Shown: in pieces, positions 25,223 to 32,000 of the stretch
How positions within the stretch are numbered: position 1 is the stretch's first letter
How the letters are laid out: each line of letters opens with the position of its first letter
Source of the DNA: Acaryochloris marina MBIC11017
Lineage (GTDB): Bacteria > Cyanobacteriota > Cyanobacteriia > Thermosynechococcales > Thermosynechococcaceae
Length of the DNA: 32,000 nt
Direction: 5' to 3'
Assembly (NCBI RefSeq): GCF_000018105.1
Contig: NC_009925.1
Coordinates: 4,350,001-4,382,000 of the forward strand
Made by a program: the position numbers and the translations under genes
The notes under the pieces: model-generated
What the model saw: the letters and a program-made list of their open reading frames with translations, nothing else
What the model was told of the DNA's origin: nothing
Databases searched by the model: none

Positions 25223-25943
25223 GTACGCCACTGCCAACGATTACCCAGCCAATGTTGAGAGACTGGTCTTTAATGGCCAAGGTAGTTCTGGATTTTCTTG
25301 TGGCAGGCTGGTTGAATTGACTTTGGCTTATCTCATCTGCTGAACAGGCCTGCGGAATGGGCGTTTTCCGCAGGCTAACTTTGTATGCGGTTGTTGATTT
25401 ATCCCTTGAGCCTCCTGGTTGGGCTAGGGTTACGAATGGATAGGTTTTTAGCTTGAAGAGTCTGTGTCGGTTGGTTTAGAGAAATTACTGTAGCAGTACC
25501 AACTGCCATTCACACAACACTCTACAAAGCAGAACAAAGAATTTATAAGACAAGTTAAAGAATGTCGCCTAATTTTGGGGATCAAGCTTAGGATTTTAAT
25601 ACATTAGTATGTGCTTTTTATTAGGTGAACCCATCCTTTGGTTAGTGTTAAGTCCAGTTAGTAAAGCCTTGCGCTGATTACGCTTCAATCCCTTGGCAAA
25701 ATTTCCAAAACTCGTTGTTCACGTCTCACTTCCGCTTTCTAGTTCGATCGCTCTCGGAACTGCATTTTCTGTCTGTGGCAAAGAAGCTAAACCGCTCTCA
25801 GGACAATTATTCGGAGGGCATTGATCATCTCTGTGAACCATTGAGTTTTTTGAAAACTATATCCCGCCTCTATATTCCTAGGGAGGTCAGACGCACCGTA
25901 ATTTTTAGTTTCCGTTGAAGACTTACCACCGCAAGGAGCATTC

Positions 25944-27560
25944 ATGACTGTTGCCGACAAGAAATTAGCGAACGCTGATAACCCTCAAGATCCAAAAACA
26001 GGCCTAAAAATCGGCATCCCGAAAGAAGTCTTTCCCGGCGAGCGCCGAGTCGCAGCGACCCCCGATACGGCTAAAACCCTGCAAAAAATGGGATTTGAAG
26101 TCTTAGTGGAATCTAAAGCAGGCGCTGGTGCCACGTTTTCCGATCAGGTCTATCAACAGGCTGGCTGCCAAGTCGTGGCAGATACCACTCAACTCTGGGA
26201 AACCGCCGATATTATTCTCAAGGTGCGGGCACCCCAGATGCACCCTACCCTGAATCGCCATGAAGCAGAACTTTTAAATGAAGGCAAAACCCTAATCAGC
26301 TTTATTTGGCCTGCTCAAAACGAAGACTTATTGAAGCAGTTAGCTGAGCAAAAAGCCAATGTTCTGGCGATGGATGCGATCCCTCGAATTAGCCGCGCTC
26401 AGAAAATGGATGCCCTGAGCTCCATGGCCAATATTGCCGGCTATCGGGCTGTGGTGGAATCGGCGAATAACTTTGGTCGCTTTTTTACTGGACAAATCAC
26501 CGCTGCGGGGAAAGTTCCTCCCGCTAAAGTGCTCGTGATTGGAGCTGGTGTTGCCGGTCTTGCCGCAATTGGTGCAGCTCGAGGTTTAGGCGCTGTGGTT
26601 CGCTCCTTCGATACTCGACCTGTGGTCAAAGAACAGGTGCAAAGTATGGGGGCTGAATTCCTAGAGCTGGAATTTGAGGAAGATGGCACCGGAGCAGGGG
26701 GCTATGCCAAAACCATGAGCCCTGAGTTTATTGCTGCTGAAATGGAGCTGTTTGCTCAGCAAGCTGAAGAAGTAGATATCATCATTACCACTGCCTTGAT
26801 CCCAGGTAAGAAAGCGCCGTTGCTGATTACCAAAGATATGGTGGAGAGCATGAAGGAAGGCTCTGTCGTCGTGGATATGGCAGCAGAGCAGGGGGGCAAC
26901 TGCGAAGTCACCCGACCGAACGAAGTTTATCAACATCATGGTGTGACGATTGTTGGTCTGACGGATTTGCCCAGCCGCATGGCCAACCAATCAAGTCAGC
27001 TCTATGGCAACAACCTGTGCCATTTGCTTAAGGATATGGGTGGCGCTGAAGACTACAAAATTGACTTTGAAGACGAAGTGGTGCGAGGCGCAACCGTTCT
27101 GCAAGAGGGCAAAATCACTTGGCCCCCACCTCAAGTCAGTCAGCCTTCTCCCCCTAAGCCTGCTGCCGAGGCTAAGCAACCCGCAATGCCCGCTGAGCCG
27201 GAAGTAAAAGAAAAATCGGTGATTGGCCAATGGCTCCCCTTGATTGCAGTGGGTGCAGCCTTATTTGGCATTGGCTTAACCGCTCCTCCTTCTTTCCTGA
27301 CTCACTTCACCGTGTTTGTGTTGGCCTGTTTTGTGGGTTGGCAGGTGATTTGGAATGTGGCCCCTGCGTTGCATACGCCTTTGATGAGTGTCACTAACGC
27401 TATTAGCGGCATCATTATTCTCGGGGGCATGCTGCAAATCTCGGGTCCCTTGGGTTCACCGACCACGATACTGGGTGCGATCGCAATCCTAGTCGGCACC
27501 ATCAACATCGCCGGGGGATTCCTCGTTACCCAACGGATGCTGCAAATGTTCCGCCGTTAG
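25944..27560 (+). CDS. pntA: NAD(P) transhydrogenase subunit alpha (full-length: dI domain + Pro/Ala-rich linker + 4 TM helices)
   Basis: AAGGAG lies upstream of the [23 protein letters not shown] is the AlaDH/PNT N-terminus, and the Rossmann motif [28 protein letters not shown] is present. The C-terminus has four hydrophobic helices ending in [10 protein letters not shown]. Confidence 0.9.
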   Translation: MTVADKKLANADNPQDPKTGLKIGIPKEVFPGERRVAATPDTAKTLQKMGFEVLVESKAGAGATFSDQVYQQAGCQVVADTTQLWETADIILKVRAPQMHPTLNRHEAELLNEGKTLISFIWPAQNEDLLKQLAEQKANVLAMDAIPRISRAQKMDALSSMANIAGYRAVVESANNFGRFFTGQITAAGKVPPAKVLVIGAGVAGLAAIGAARGLGAVVRSFDTRPVVKEQVQSMGAEFLELEFEEDGTGAGGYAKTMSPEFIAAEMELFAQQAEEVDIIITTALIPGKKAPLLITKDMVESMKEGSVVVDMAAEQGGNCEVTRPNEVYQHHGVTIVGLTDLPSRMANQSSQLYGNNLCHLLKDMGGAEDYKIDFEDEVVRGATVLQEGKITWPPPQVSQPSPPKPAAEAKQPAMPAEPEVKEKSVIGQWLPLIAVGAALFGIGLTAPPSFLTHFTVFVLACFVGWQVIWNVAPALHTPLMSVTNAISGIIILGGMLQISGPLGSPTTILGAIAILVGTINIAGGFLVTQRMLQMFRR

Positions 27561-27588
27561 TCTCTGTTCTATTTTCCACACCTCTTTC

Positions 27589-27616
27589 CGCTGTCCTCAA
27601 CTGGCTAGGACAGCGA
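27589..27616 (+). promoter_or_regulatory. Intercistronic stem-loop between pntA and pntB
   Basis: CGCTGTCCT (27589-27597) pairs with AGGACAGCG (27608-27616). ACTATCCCTTTTTTAGGAG follows, which includes the pntB Shine-Dalgarno sequence. The function (partial attenuator or mRNA stabiliser) is not established. Confidence 0.3.
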
Positions 27617-27640
27617 CTATCCCTTTTTTAGGAGTCCACT

Positions 27641-29065
27641 ATGACCAATAGCCTTGTCACCGTGGCTTACATCGCGGCAAGTGCATTATTTATCTTGAGT
27701 TTGGCCGGTTTGTCGAATCAGGAAACCGCTCGCAAGGGCAATGTTTACGGCATTCTCGGCATGGTGATTGCCTTAGGCGCAACGGCCCTCAGTGCCGAAG
27801 TGACTAGCTATAGCACCCTGGCTGCCGTGGTCATTCCCGGTGGCATTATTGGCGCGATTGTGGCGTCGCGTGTAGCCATGACCTCCATGCCTGAATTGGT
27901 GGCTATCTTACATAGCTTTGTCGGCTTAGCTGCGGTTCTAGTCGGCATTGCCAACTACCTGCAACCAGAATCAGGCTTATCTGGTGGTGAAGAAGCCATT
28001 CACCATATCGAAATTTACCTGGGCGTCTTTATTGGCGCGGTTACCTTTACCGGGTCGATTATTGCCTTTGCCAAACTGCGAGCCATTATTGGCAGTAAGC
28101 CGTTGATGTTGCCCGCCCGCCATTTCCTGAATATTGGCATGTTGGTGGGTTCGGTGATTCTGGGTGCTCAGTTTATGGGTGCGGCAGGTACCAGTGGTTT
28201 GCAACCCTTACTGATCATGACTGCGATCGCAAGTCTGTTGGGTATCCATTTGGTGGCGGCAATCGGCGGTGCAGATATGCCTGTGGTGATCTCCATGCTC
28301 AACAGCTATTCCGGCTGGGCGGCTGCTGCAGCTGGCTTTATGTTGGGGAATGACCTCTTGATTATCACCGGTGCCCTAGTGGGCAGTAGCGGCGCTATCC
28401 TCAGCTACATCATGTGTAAAGCCATGAACCGAGGGTTCTTCAGCGTGATTCTGGGTGGATTTGGCGCAGCACCGAAAGGCGGCTCCAAGTCAGCGGATGG
28501 TCCAGTTGGTGAAGCCACCTCCACCACAGTTGATGACACAGTGGAATTGCTCAAAAATGCCAAGAACGTGATTATTGCCCCAGGCTATGGCATGGCCGTG
28601 GCTCAGGCTCAGCATCCCGTGGCTCAAATCACTAAGATCCTGCGGGATCAGGGCACCAATGTCCGCTTTGGTATTCACCCGGTCGCAGGTCGGCTACCGG
28701 GTCATATGAACGTGCTGCTGGCAGAAGCCAATGTGCCTTACGATATCGTGCTGGAAATGGACGAAATTAACGATGATTTCGCCGAAACCGATCTCGTGCT
28801 GGTGATTGGGGCTAATGATACGGTTAATCCCAGCGCCCTCAGTGATCCTGAAAGTCCCATAGCCGGTATGCCCGTGCTAGAAGTCTGGAATGCTGAGAAT
28901 GTTGTGGTGATGAAGCGAGGGATGTCCAGCGGGTATGCAGGGGTTGACAATCCCTTGTTCTACAATGACAACACCGAAATGCTGTTTGGAGATGCTCGTC
29001 AAAACGTTGATGCTATCTTAGGGCAACTCGCTGCTACCAAGACCAAGACAGCCGTCGCCGCTTAA
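27641..29065 (+). CDS. pntB: NAD(P) transhydrogenase subunit beta
   Basis: 474 aa. A multi-TM N-terminal half is followed by the C-terminal dIII NADP(H)-binding domain ([16 protein letters not shown]..., [59 protein letters not shown]). Confidence 0.92.
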   Translation: MTNSLVTVAYIAASALFILSLAGLSNQETARKGNVYGILGMVIALGATALSAEVTSYSTLAAVVIPGGIIGAIVASRVAMTSMPELVAILHSFVGLAAVLVGIANYLQPESGLSGGEEAIHHIEIYLGVFIGAVTFTGSIIAFAKLRAIIGSKPLMLPARHFLNIGMLVGSVILGAQFMGAAGTSGLQPLLIMTAIASLLGIHLVAAIGGADMPVVISMLNSYSGWAAAAAGFMLGNDLLIITGALVGSSGAILSYIMCKAMNRGFFSVILGGFGAAPKGGSKSADGPVGEATSTTVDDTVELLKNAKNVIIAPGYGMAVAQAQHPVAQITKILRDQGTNVRFGIHPVAGRLPGHMNVLLAEANVPYDIVLEMDEINDDFAETDLVLVIGANDTVNPSALSDPESPIAGMPVLEVWNAENVVVMKRGMSSGYAGVDNPLFYNDNTEMLFGDARQNVDAILGQLAATKTKTAVAA

Positions 29066-29090
29066 CGGCTCTGACTCAATATTCTGCCTA

Positions 29091-29136
29091 AAGTAGAGAA
29101 TGCCTGTTTCTATTAGGTGTTCTCTACTTTTTTTAT
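29091..29136 (+). terminator. Rho-independent terminator of the pntAB operon
   Basis: AAGTAGAGAA (29091-29100) pairs with TTCTCTACTT (29120-29129) and is followed by a run of T residues. Confidence 0.75.
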
Positions 29137-29247
29137 GGATAAACCTCTGCTTTTGACACAAAACCTTCCAGAAAAGACAGTGAACTTTCTAGATAAAAAT
29201 ACCGTCTACACTGTTAATTAATATCCTCTGAATCTCTCACTAGCCCT

Positions 29248-29931
29248 ATGCTTTCCAGCCTTGCTCAGGAACATTGGTCCTTTAATCGACGTAGGCTTGT
29301 ACCCTCGCTGCTGCTCTCAGTAAGTTTGGCCACAGGGCTGGGCTTGACGGCATCTCAACCCGCTACCAGCCAAACCCTGCGCCAAAAAGTCAATTTTGCG
29401 AATTCAGATATTAATGCCTTTTGGGATGAGGCGTTTCGGCAAATGGGTCGTAAATGGTATCGCCCCAAATCCTACACATACTATCGGGCGGTCCGCACGG
29501 CCTGTGGCATCTCTGGTCCCTTTAATGCCCTCTACTGCCCTCGTGATCATGGCATCTACCTCAATATCCCGTTTTTAGTCCGGGCTGATCGGCGCTGGGG
29601 AGATTTTGCTGCGATTACAATCATGGCCCATGAATATGGTCATGCGGTTCAGCGCCAGCTCGGGCTAAGTCGCCTCAATCGCTACCTATACCAAGAAGAG
29701 CTGCAGGCGGACTGTTTTGCGGGGGTTTATGCCCAATATGCGAGTCGTAAAGGCCTGCTTGATCCCAATGATGCCAAGGAAGGCTACTATCAGTCCTACT
29801 CCAGTGGTCATGCTCGCTTTAATCCCAATACCCACGGCACTCGTGCTCAGCGGGCTCAGGCCTTTCGGACTGGCTATAGAAACGGGTTCAGGAGTTGCTT
29901 AAGATATACCGTGATGAGGCTTAGGCGTTAG
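29248..29931 (+). CDS. Putative neutral zinc metallopeptidase (YpfJ-like family)
   Basis: An N-terminal signal/anchor is present. HEYGH (HExxH) is encoded at 29629-29643, within IMAHEYGHAVQRQLG. The downstream ELQADCFAGVYA is typical of the YpfJ-type family. Confidence 0.8.
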   Translation: MLSSLAQEHWSFNRRRLVPSLLLSVSLATGLGLTASQPATSQTLRQKVNFANSDINAFWDEAFRQMGRKWYRPKSYTYYRAVRTACGISGPFNALYCPRDHGIYLNIPFLVRADRRWGDFAAITIMAHEYGHAVQRQLGLSRLNRYLYQEELQADCFAGVYAQYASRKGLLDPNDAKEGYYQSYSSGHARFNPNTHGTRAQRAQAFRTGYRNGFRSCLRYTVMRLRR

Positions 29932-29976
29932 TCTAACTCTTCTGTGATCTGTTACTGACTCAATAGTTTTAAGCTT

Positions 29977-30771
29977 GTGACCCAACCTGACACCCTTGCT
30001 CAACTGCTAACGGCTATTTCCACGGGTGAGGTCAGCCCAGACCTAGCCTTGAAAAAGCTGAAGTACCTCGCCTATGAACCCGTCGGTGATTTTGCCAAAA
30101 TTGATCACCATCGAACCTTGCGAACGGGTTTCCCTGAGGTGATTTGGGGGCCAGGCAAAACCCCTAAGCAAATGATCGAGATTTTCAAAACCATGGAGGC
30201 CCAGGCCGATTGTGTGATTGCCACGCGGATAGAACCTGAGGTCTTTGCCCAGCTGCAGCCAGCCTTGCCCCAGCTCCAGTACTTTGACAAAGCCAGAATT
30301 TGTTCCACGACCCCATTACCAGAGACCTCGAAACATCCCGGTCAGATGGGGATTGTATCTGCGGGGACTGCCGATCAAGCCGTTGCGGAAGAAGCGGCTG
30401 TGGTGGCAACTCTCTGGGGATATGAGGTGACTCGATTTTGGGATGTGGGAGTGGCGGGTATTCATCGGTTGTTGAGTTGCCGAGATGAGATCGCATCCAT
30501 GGATGTCCTGATCGTCGTGGCAGGGATGGAAGGAGCCTTAGCCAGCGTGGTGGCGGGTTTAGTCGACTGTCCCGTCATTGCCGTTCCTACGAGCATTGGT
30601 TATGGGGCCAGCTTTAACGGCCTAGCCCCCCTACTAACGATGCTGAATTCCTGCGCCCCTGGTATTGGTGTGGTCAATATTGACAATGGGTTTGGTGCGG
30701 CCATGTTAGCGGGTCAGATTTTGAGGACAGCCGTTCAGCTCCAGACTTCACAGTCGGAAAAGTCTGAGTAG
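29977..30771 (+). CDS. larB: Nickel-pincer cofactor biosynthesis protein LarB (AIR-carboxylase/PurE-like fold)
   Basis: GTG start. DHHRTLRTGFPEVIWGPGKTPKQM is the LarB N-terminal signature. The PurE-like core follows: GIVSAGTADQAVAEEA...VVAGMEGALASVVAGLV..PVIAVPTSIGYG. Confidence 0.8.
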   Translation: MTQPDTLAQLLTAISTGEVSPDLALKKLKYLAYEPVGDFAKIDHHRTLRTGFPEVIWGPGKTPKQMIEIFKTMEAQADCVIATRIEPEVFAQLQPALPQLQYFDKARICSTTPLPETSKHPGQMGIVSAGTADQAVAEEAAVVATLWGYEVTRFWDVGVAGIHRLLSCRDEIASMDVLIVVAGMEGALASVVAGLVDCPVIAVPTSIGYGASFNGLAPLLTMLNSCAPGIGVVNIDNGFGAAMLAGQILRTAVQLQTSQSEKSE

Positions 30772-30775
30772 ATAG

Positions 30776-31336
30776 ATGCCCATTCTCGATTTACCCCCCG
30801 ATCATCCTCAGATTCACAGGGACGTCGCGACTTTGTTGGTGGATGGCTTTCGTGAAAATTGGCCCGAGGCTTGGCCCCATCTAGAGGCTGGTCTGCTAGA
30901 AGTACAAGCATCTTTACAGCCAGGTCGGATTAGTCGGATTGCGATCAACCGGGAAGAACAGGTCCTGGGTTGGATTGGCGGCCTGCCCAGGTATGCGGGC
31001 CATGTTTGGGAGCTGCATCCCCTGGTCGTTAAGGCATCAGAGCGGGGCCAAGGGTGGGGGCGTCGCTTAGTCGCCGATTTAGAAACCTGCGTGCAGCAAC
31101 GGGGTGGCTTGACCCTCTGGGTGGGGACTGATGATGAGACCGGCCAAACGAATTTGAGTCATGCCAACCTCTACCCCAATGTGCTGGAACATCTGGCCCA
31201 GCTTCAAAACCTGCATCAGCACCCCTATGAGTTCTACCAAAAGTGTGGATTTTCGGTTGTTGGGGTGATGCCGGATGCCAATGGACGGGGTAAGCCGGAT
31301 ATTTACATGGCGAAAGCGATCACGCCTAAACCCTAA
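30776..31336 (+). CDS. GNAT-family N-acetyltransferase
   Basis: The start lies 4 nt after the larB stop. Acetyl-CoA motif A is LHPLVVKASERGQGWGRRLVADLE (Q/R-x-x-G-x-G/A). YQKCGFSVVG is the typical GNAT C-terminal beta-strand. Confidence 0.75.
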   Translation: MPILDLPPDHPQIHRDVATLLVDGFRENWPEAWPHLEAGLLEVQASLQPGRISRIAINREEQVLGWIGGLPRYAGHVWELHPLVVKASERGQGWGRRLVADLETCVQQRGGLTLWVGTDDETGQTNLSHANLYPNVLEHLAQLQNLHQHPYEFYQKCGFSVVGVMPDANGRGKPDIYMAKAITPKP

Positions 31337-31339
31337 TCT

Positions 31340-31774
31340 CTATTTTTGGTGGTGGACTTCAATCACTGTGTGAACGTTTCCTCTGGGCAGGAAGTCACCT
31401 TTTACCGTGATCTCCAAGGGATCACAGGCGGCCACAATATCATCCAAAATTTGGTTCACAGATTCCTCATGGGAAATATAGCGGTCGCGATAGCTGTTGA
31501 TGTAGAGTTTTAACGCTTTCAGCTCCACAACGCGCTGATCTGGGACATAGGTGAGATGAATGGTGGCGAAATCAGGATATCCAGAAAACGGGCATTTGCA
31601 GGTAAATTCTGGCAGCGTAATGTGAATATCATAACGACGTCCCACGCGAGGGTTCGGGAAAGTAATCAGTGTTCCTTCTGCAATTTGGCGTTCCCCATAT
31701 TTGGATTCTGAAGTCTCTTGTACAGACTGGGCGTTGGGGTCAGAAGTAGGATTTTGGATGGGAGATTGGCTCAT
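31340..31774 (-). CDS. queF: NADPH-dependent 7-cyano-7-deazaguanine (preQ0) reductase, type I
   Basis: The track start at 31789 is a TTG; ATG 31774 gives MSQSPIQ.... The catalytic Cys context EFTCKCPFSGYPDFA and the QueF motif VELKALKLYINSYR are present. Confidence 0.9.
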   Translation of the reverse strand: MSQSPIQNPTSDPNAQSVQETSESKYGERQIAEGTLITFPNPRVGRRYDIHITLPEFTCKCPFSGYPDFATIHLTYVPDQRVVELKALKLYINSYRDRYISHEESVNQILDDIVAACDPLEITVKGDFLPRGNVHTVIEVHHQK

Positions 31775-31884
31775 GAGGTTTGGTAGCAAGTGTGGGTCAC
31801 CCCACTGCTATTTAAGAAGGTTACAGTTAGAAACGACTAAACTTGTTATAGCGTAGACGGTGGCAGCAAAGCAGCAAGAAACCC

Positions 31885-32000
31885 ATGAAAATGCTTTTCT
31901 CAAAGTTCTTTCCAGAATTATGCTCTTTTCCCAGGCCAATACAGCGGCCTGAATGGCTCAAGAGAGTTCTCTCGGCGGTGTTGGTTATGGGCCTGACCCT
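31885..32000 (+). CDS. Possible 5' end of an ORF running off the window (hydrophobic N-terminus)
   Basis: ATG at 31885; MKMLFSKFFPELCSFPRPIQRPEWLKRVLSAVLVMGLT... stays open to the window edge. It is too short to evaluate. Confidence 0.2.
   Translation, partial: MKMLFSKFFPELCSFPRPIQRPEWLKRVLSAVLVMGLT

Noticed and set aside
25252-25320. 22-codon mini-ORF (MLRDWSLMAKVVLDFLVAGWLN) ahead of the 25348-25375 hairpin, considered as a leader peptide or small membrane peptide.
   Set aside because: It is too short to distinguish from chance, shows no ribosome-binding site, and I cannot assess conservation.
25715-25918. 67-aa + strand ORF just upstream of pntA.
   Set aside because: It has a TTG start, no Shine-Dalgarno sequence and no recognisable motif, and it lies in a probable promoter/5' UTR region. 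Kept only as part of the leader-region finding.
6911-27100. Similar N-termini of alanine dehydrogenase (MEIGLPKEIKDQEFRVGLSP) and PntA ([20 protein letters not shown]), considered as a segmental duplication.
   Set aside because: This is the known ancient AlaDH/PNT domain paralogy. No nucleotide-level repeat is visible.
26441-27508. Several antisense or alternate-frame ORFs within pntA (26441..26689, 26661..26990, 26991..27230, 27004..27207, 27302..27508).
   Set aside because: The pntA frame is unambiguous. These are by-products of codon bias.
1-32000. Visual search for tRNA (T-loop GGTTCGAATCC-type), rRNA, RNase P (GAGGAAAGTCC), tmRNA and SRP RNA signatures in intergenic regions.
   Set aside because: I found no convincing match. 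The nearest look-alike (GGTTCGAG at ~6469) has no cloverleaf context. Absence cannot be proven without tRNAscan or Infernal.

Overview
This looks like a chromosomal segment of a cyanobacterium. I counted 14 perfect copies of the HIP1 octamer GCGATCGC in 32 kb, and the window encodes a Tic22-like protein, a thylakoid-lumen-type pentapeptide-repeat protein, a NatB-like binding protein and PntAB. I can support about 27 protein genes. By eye I found no rRNA, tRNA or CRISPR array. Most genes are ordinary housekeeping or metabolic genes: GTPase-DUF697, an amino-acid binding lipoprotein, a PadR regulator, Tic22, PrmC, alanine dehydrogenase, an SDR, an M16 peptidase, a rhomboid protease, a RibD_C-type reductase, PntA/PntB, a YpfJ-like Zn-peptidase, LarB, a GNAT and QueF. 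Three places stand out. (1) 8.9-11.0 kb is a decayed accessory patch. It holds an uncharacterised small-GTPase-like ORF, a collapsed WD40/STAND-type gene remnant, and a DUF559 (Vsr-like) nuclease gene bracketed by a G/C-rich palindromic repeat family (one perfect 26-bp hairpin plus two ~115-bp MITE-like units). (2) 11.0-13.2 kb is a divergent pair: a ferredoxin-fused MBL-fold hydrolase and a DUF39/COG1900 (archaeal-type homocysteine biosynthesis) protein. (3) 13.4-19.2 kb holds a 1048-aa carotenoid-oxygenase (RPE65/CCD)-like protein, about twice the normal family size. It has large insertions, one hydrophobic helix and a ~220-aa unknown C-terminal extension. An orphan two-partner-secretion (TpsA, haemagglutinin-like) beta-helix protein follows 70-80 nt downstream, and no TpsB is in the window. 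All family calls rest on motif recognition from the translated ORFs. No database search was possible.
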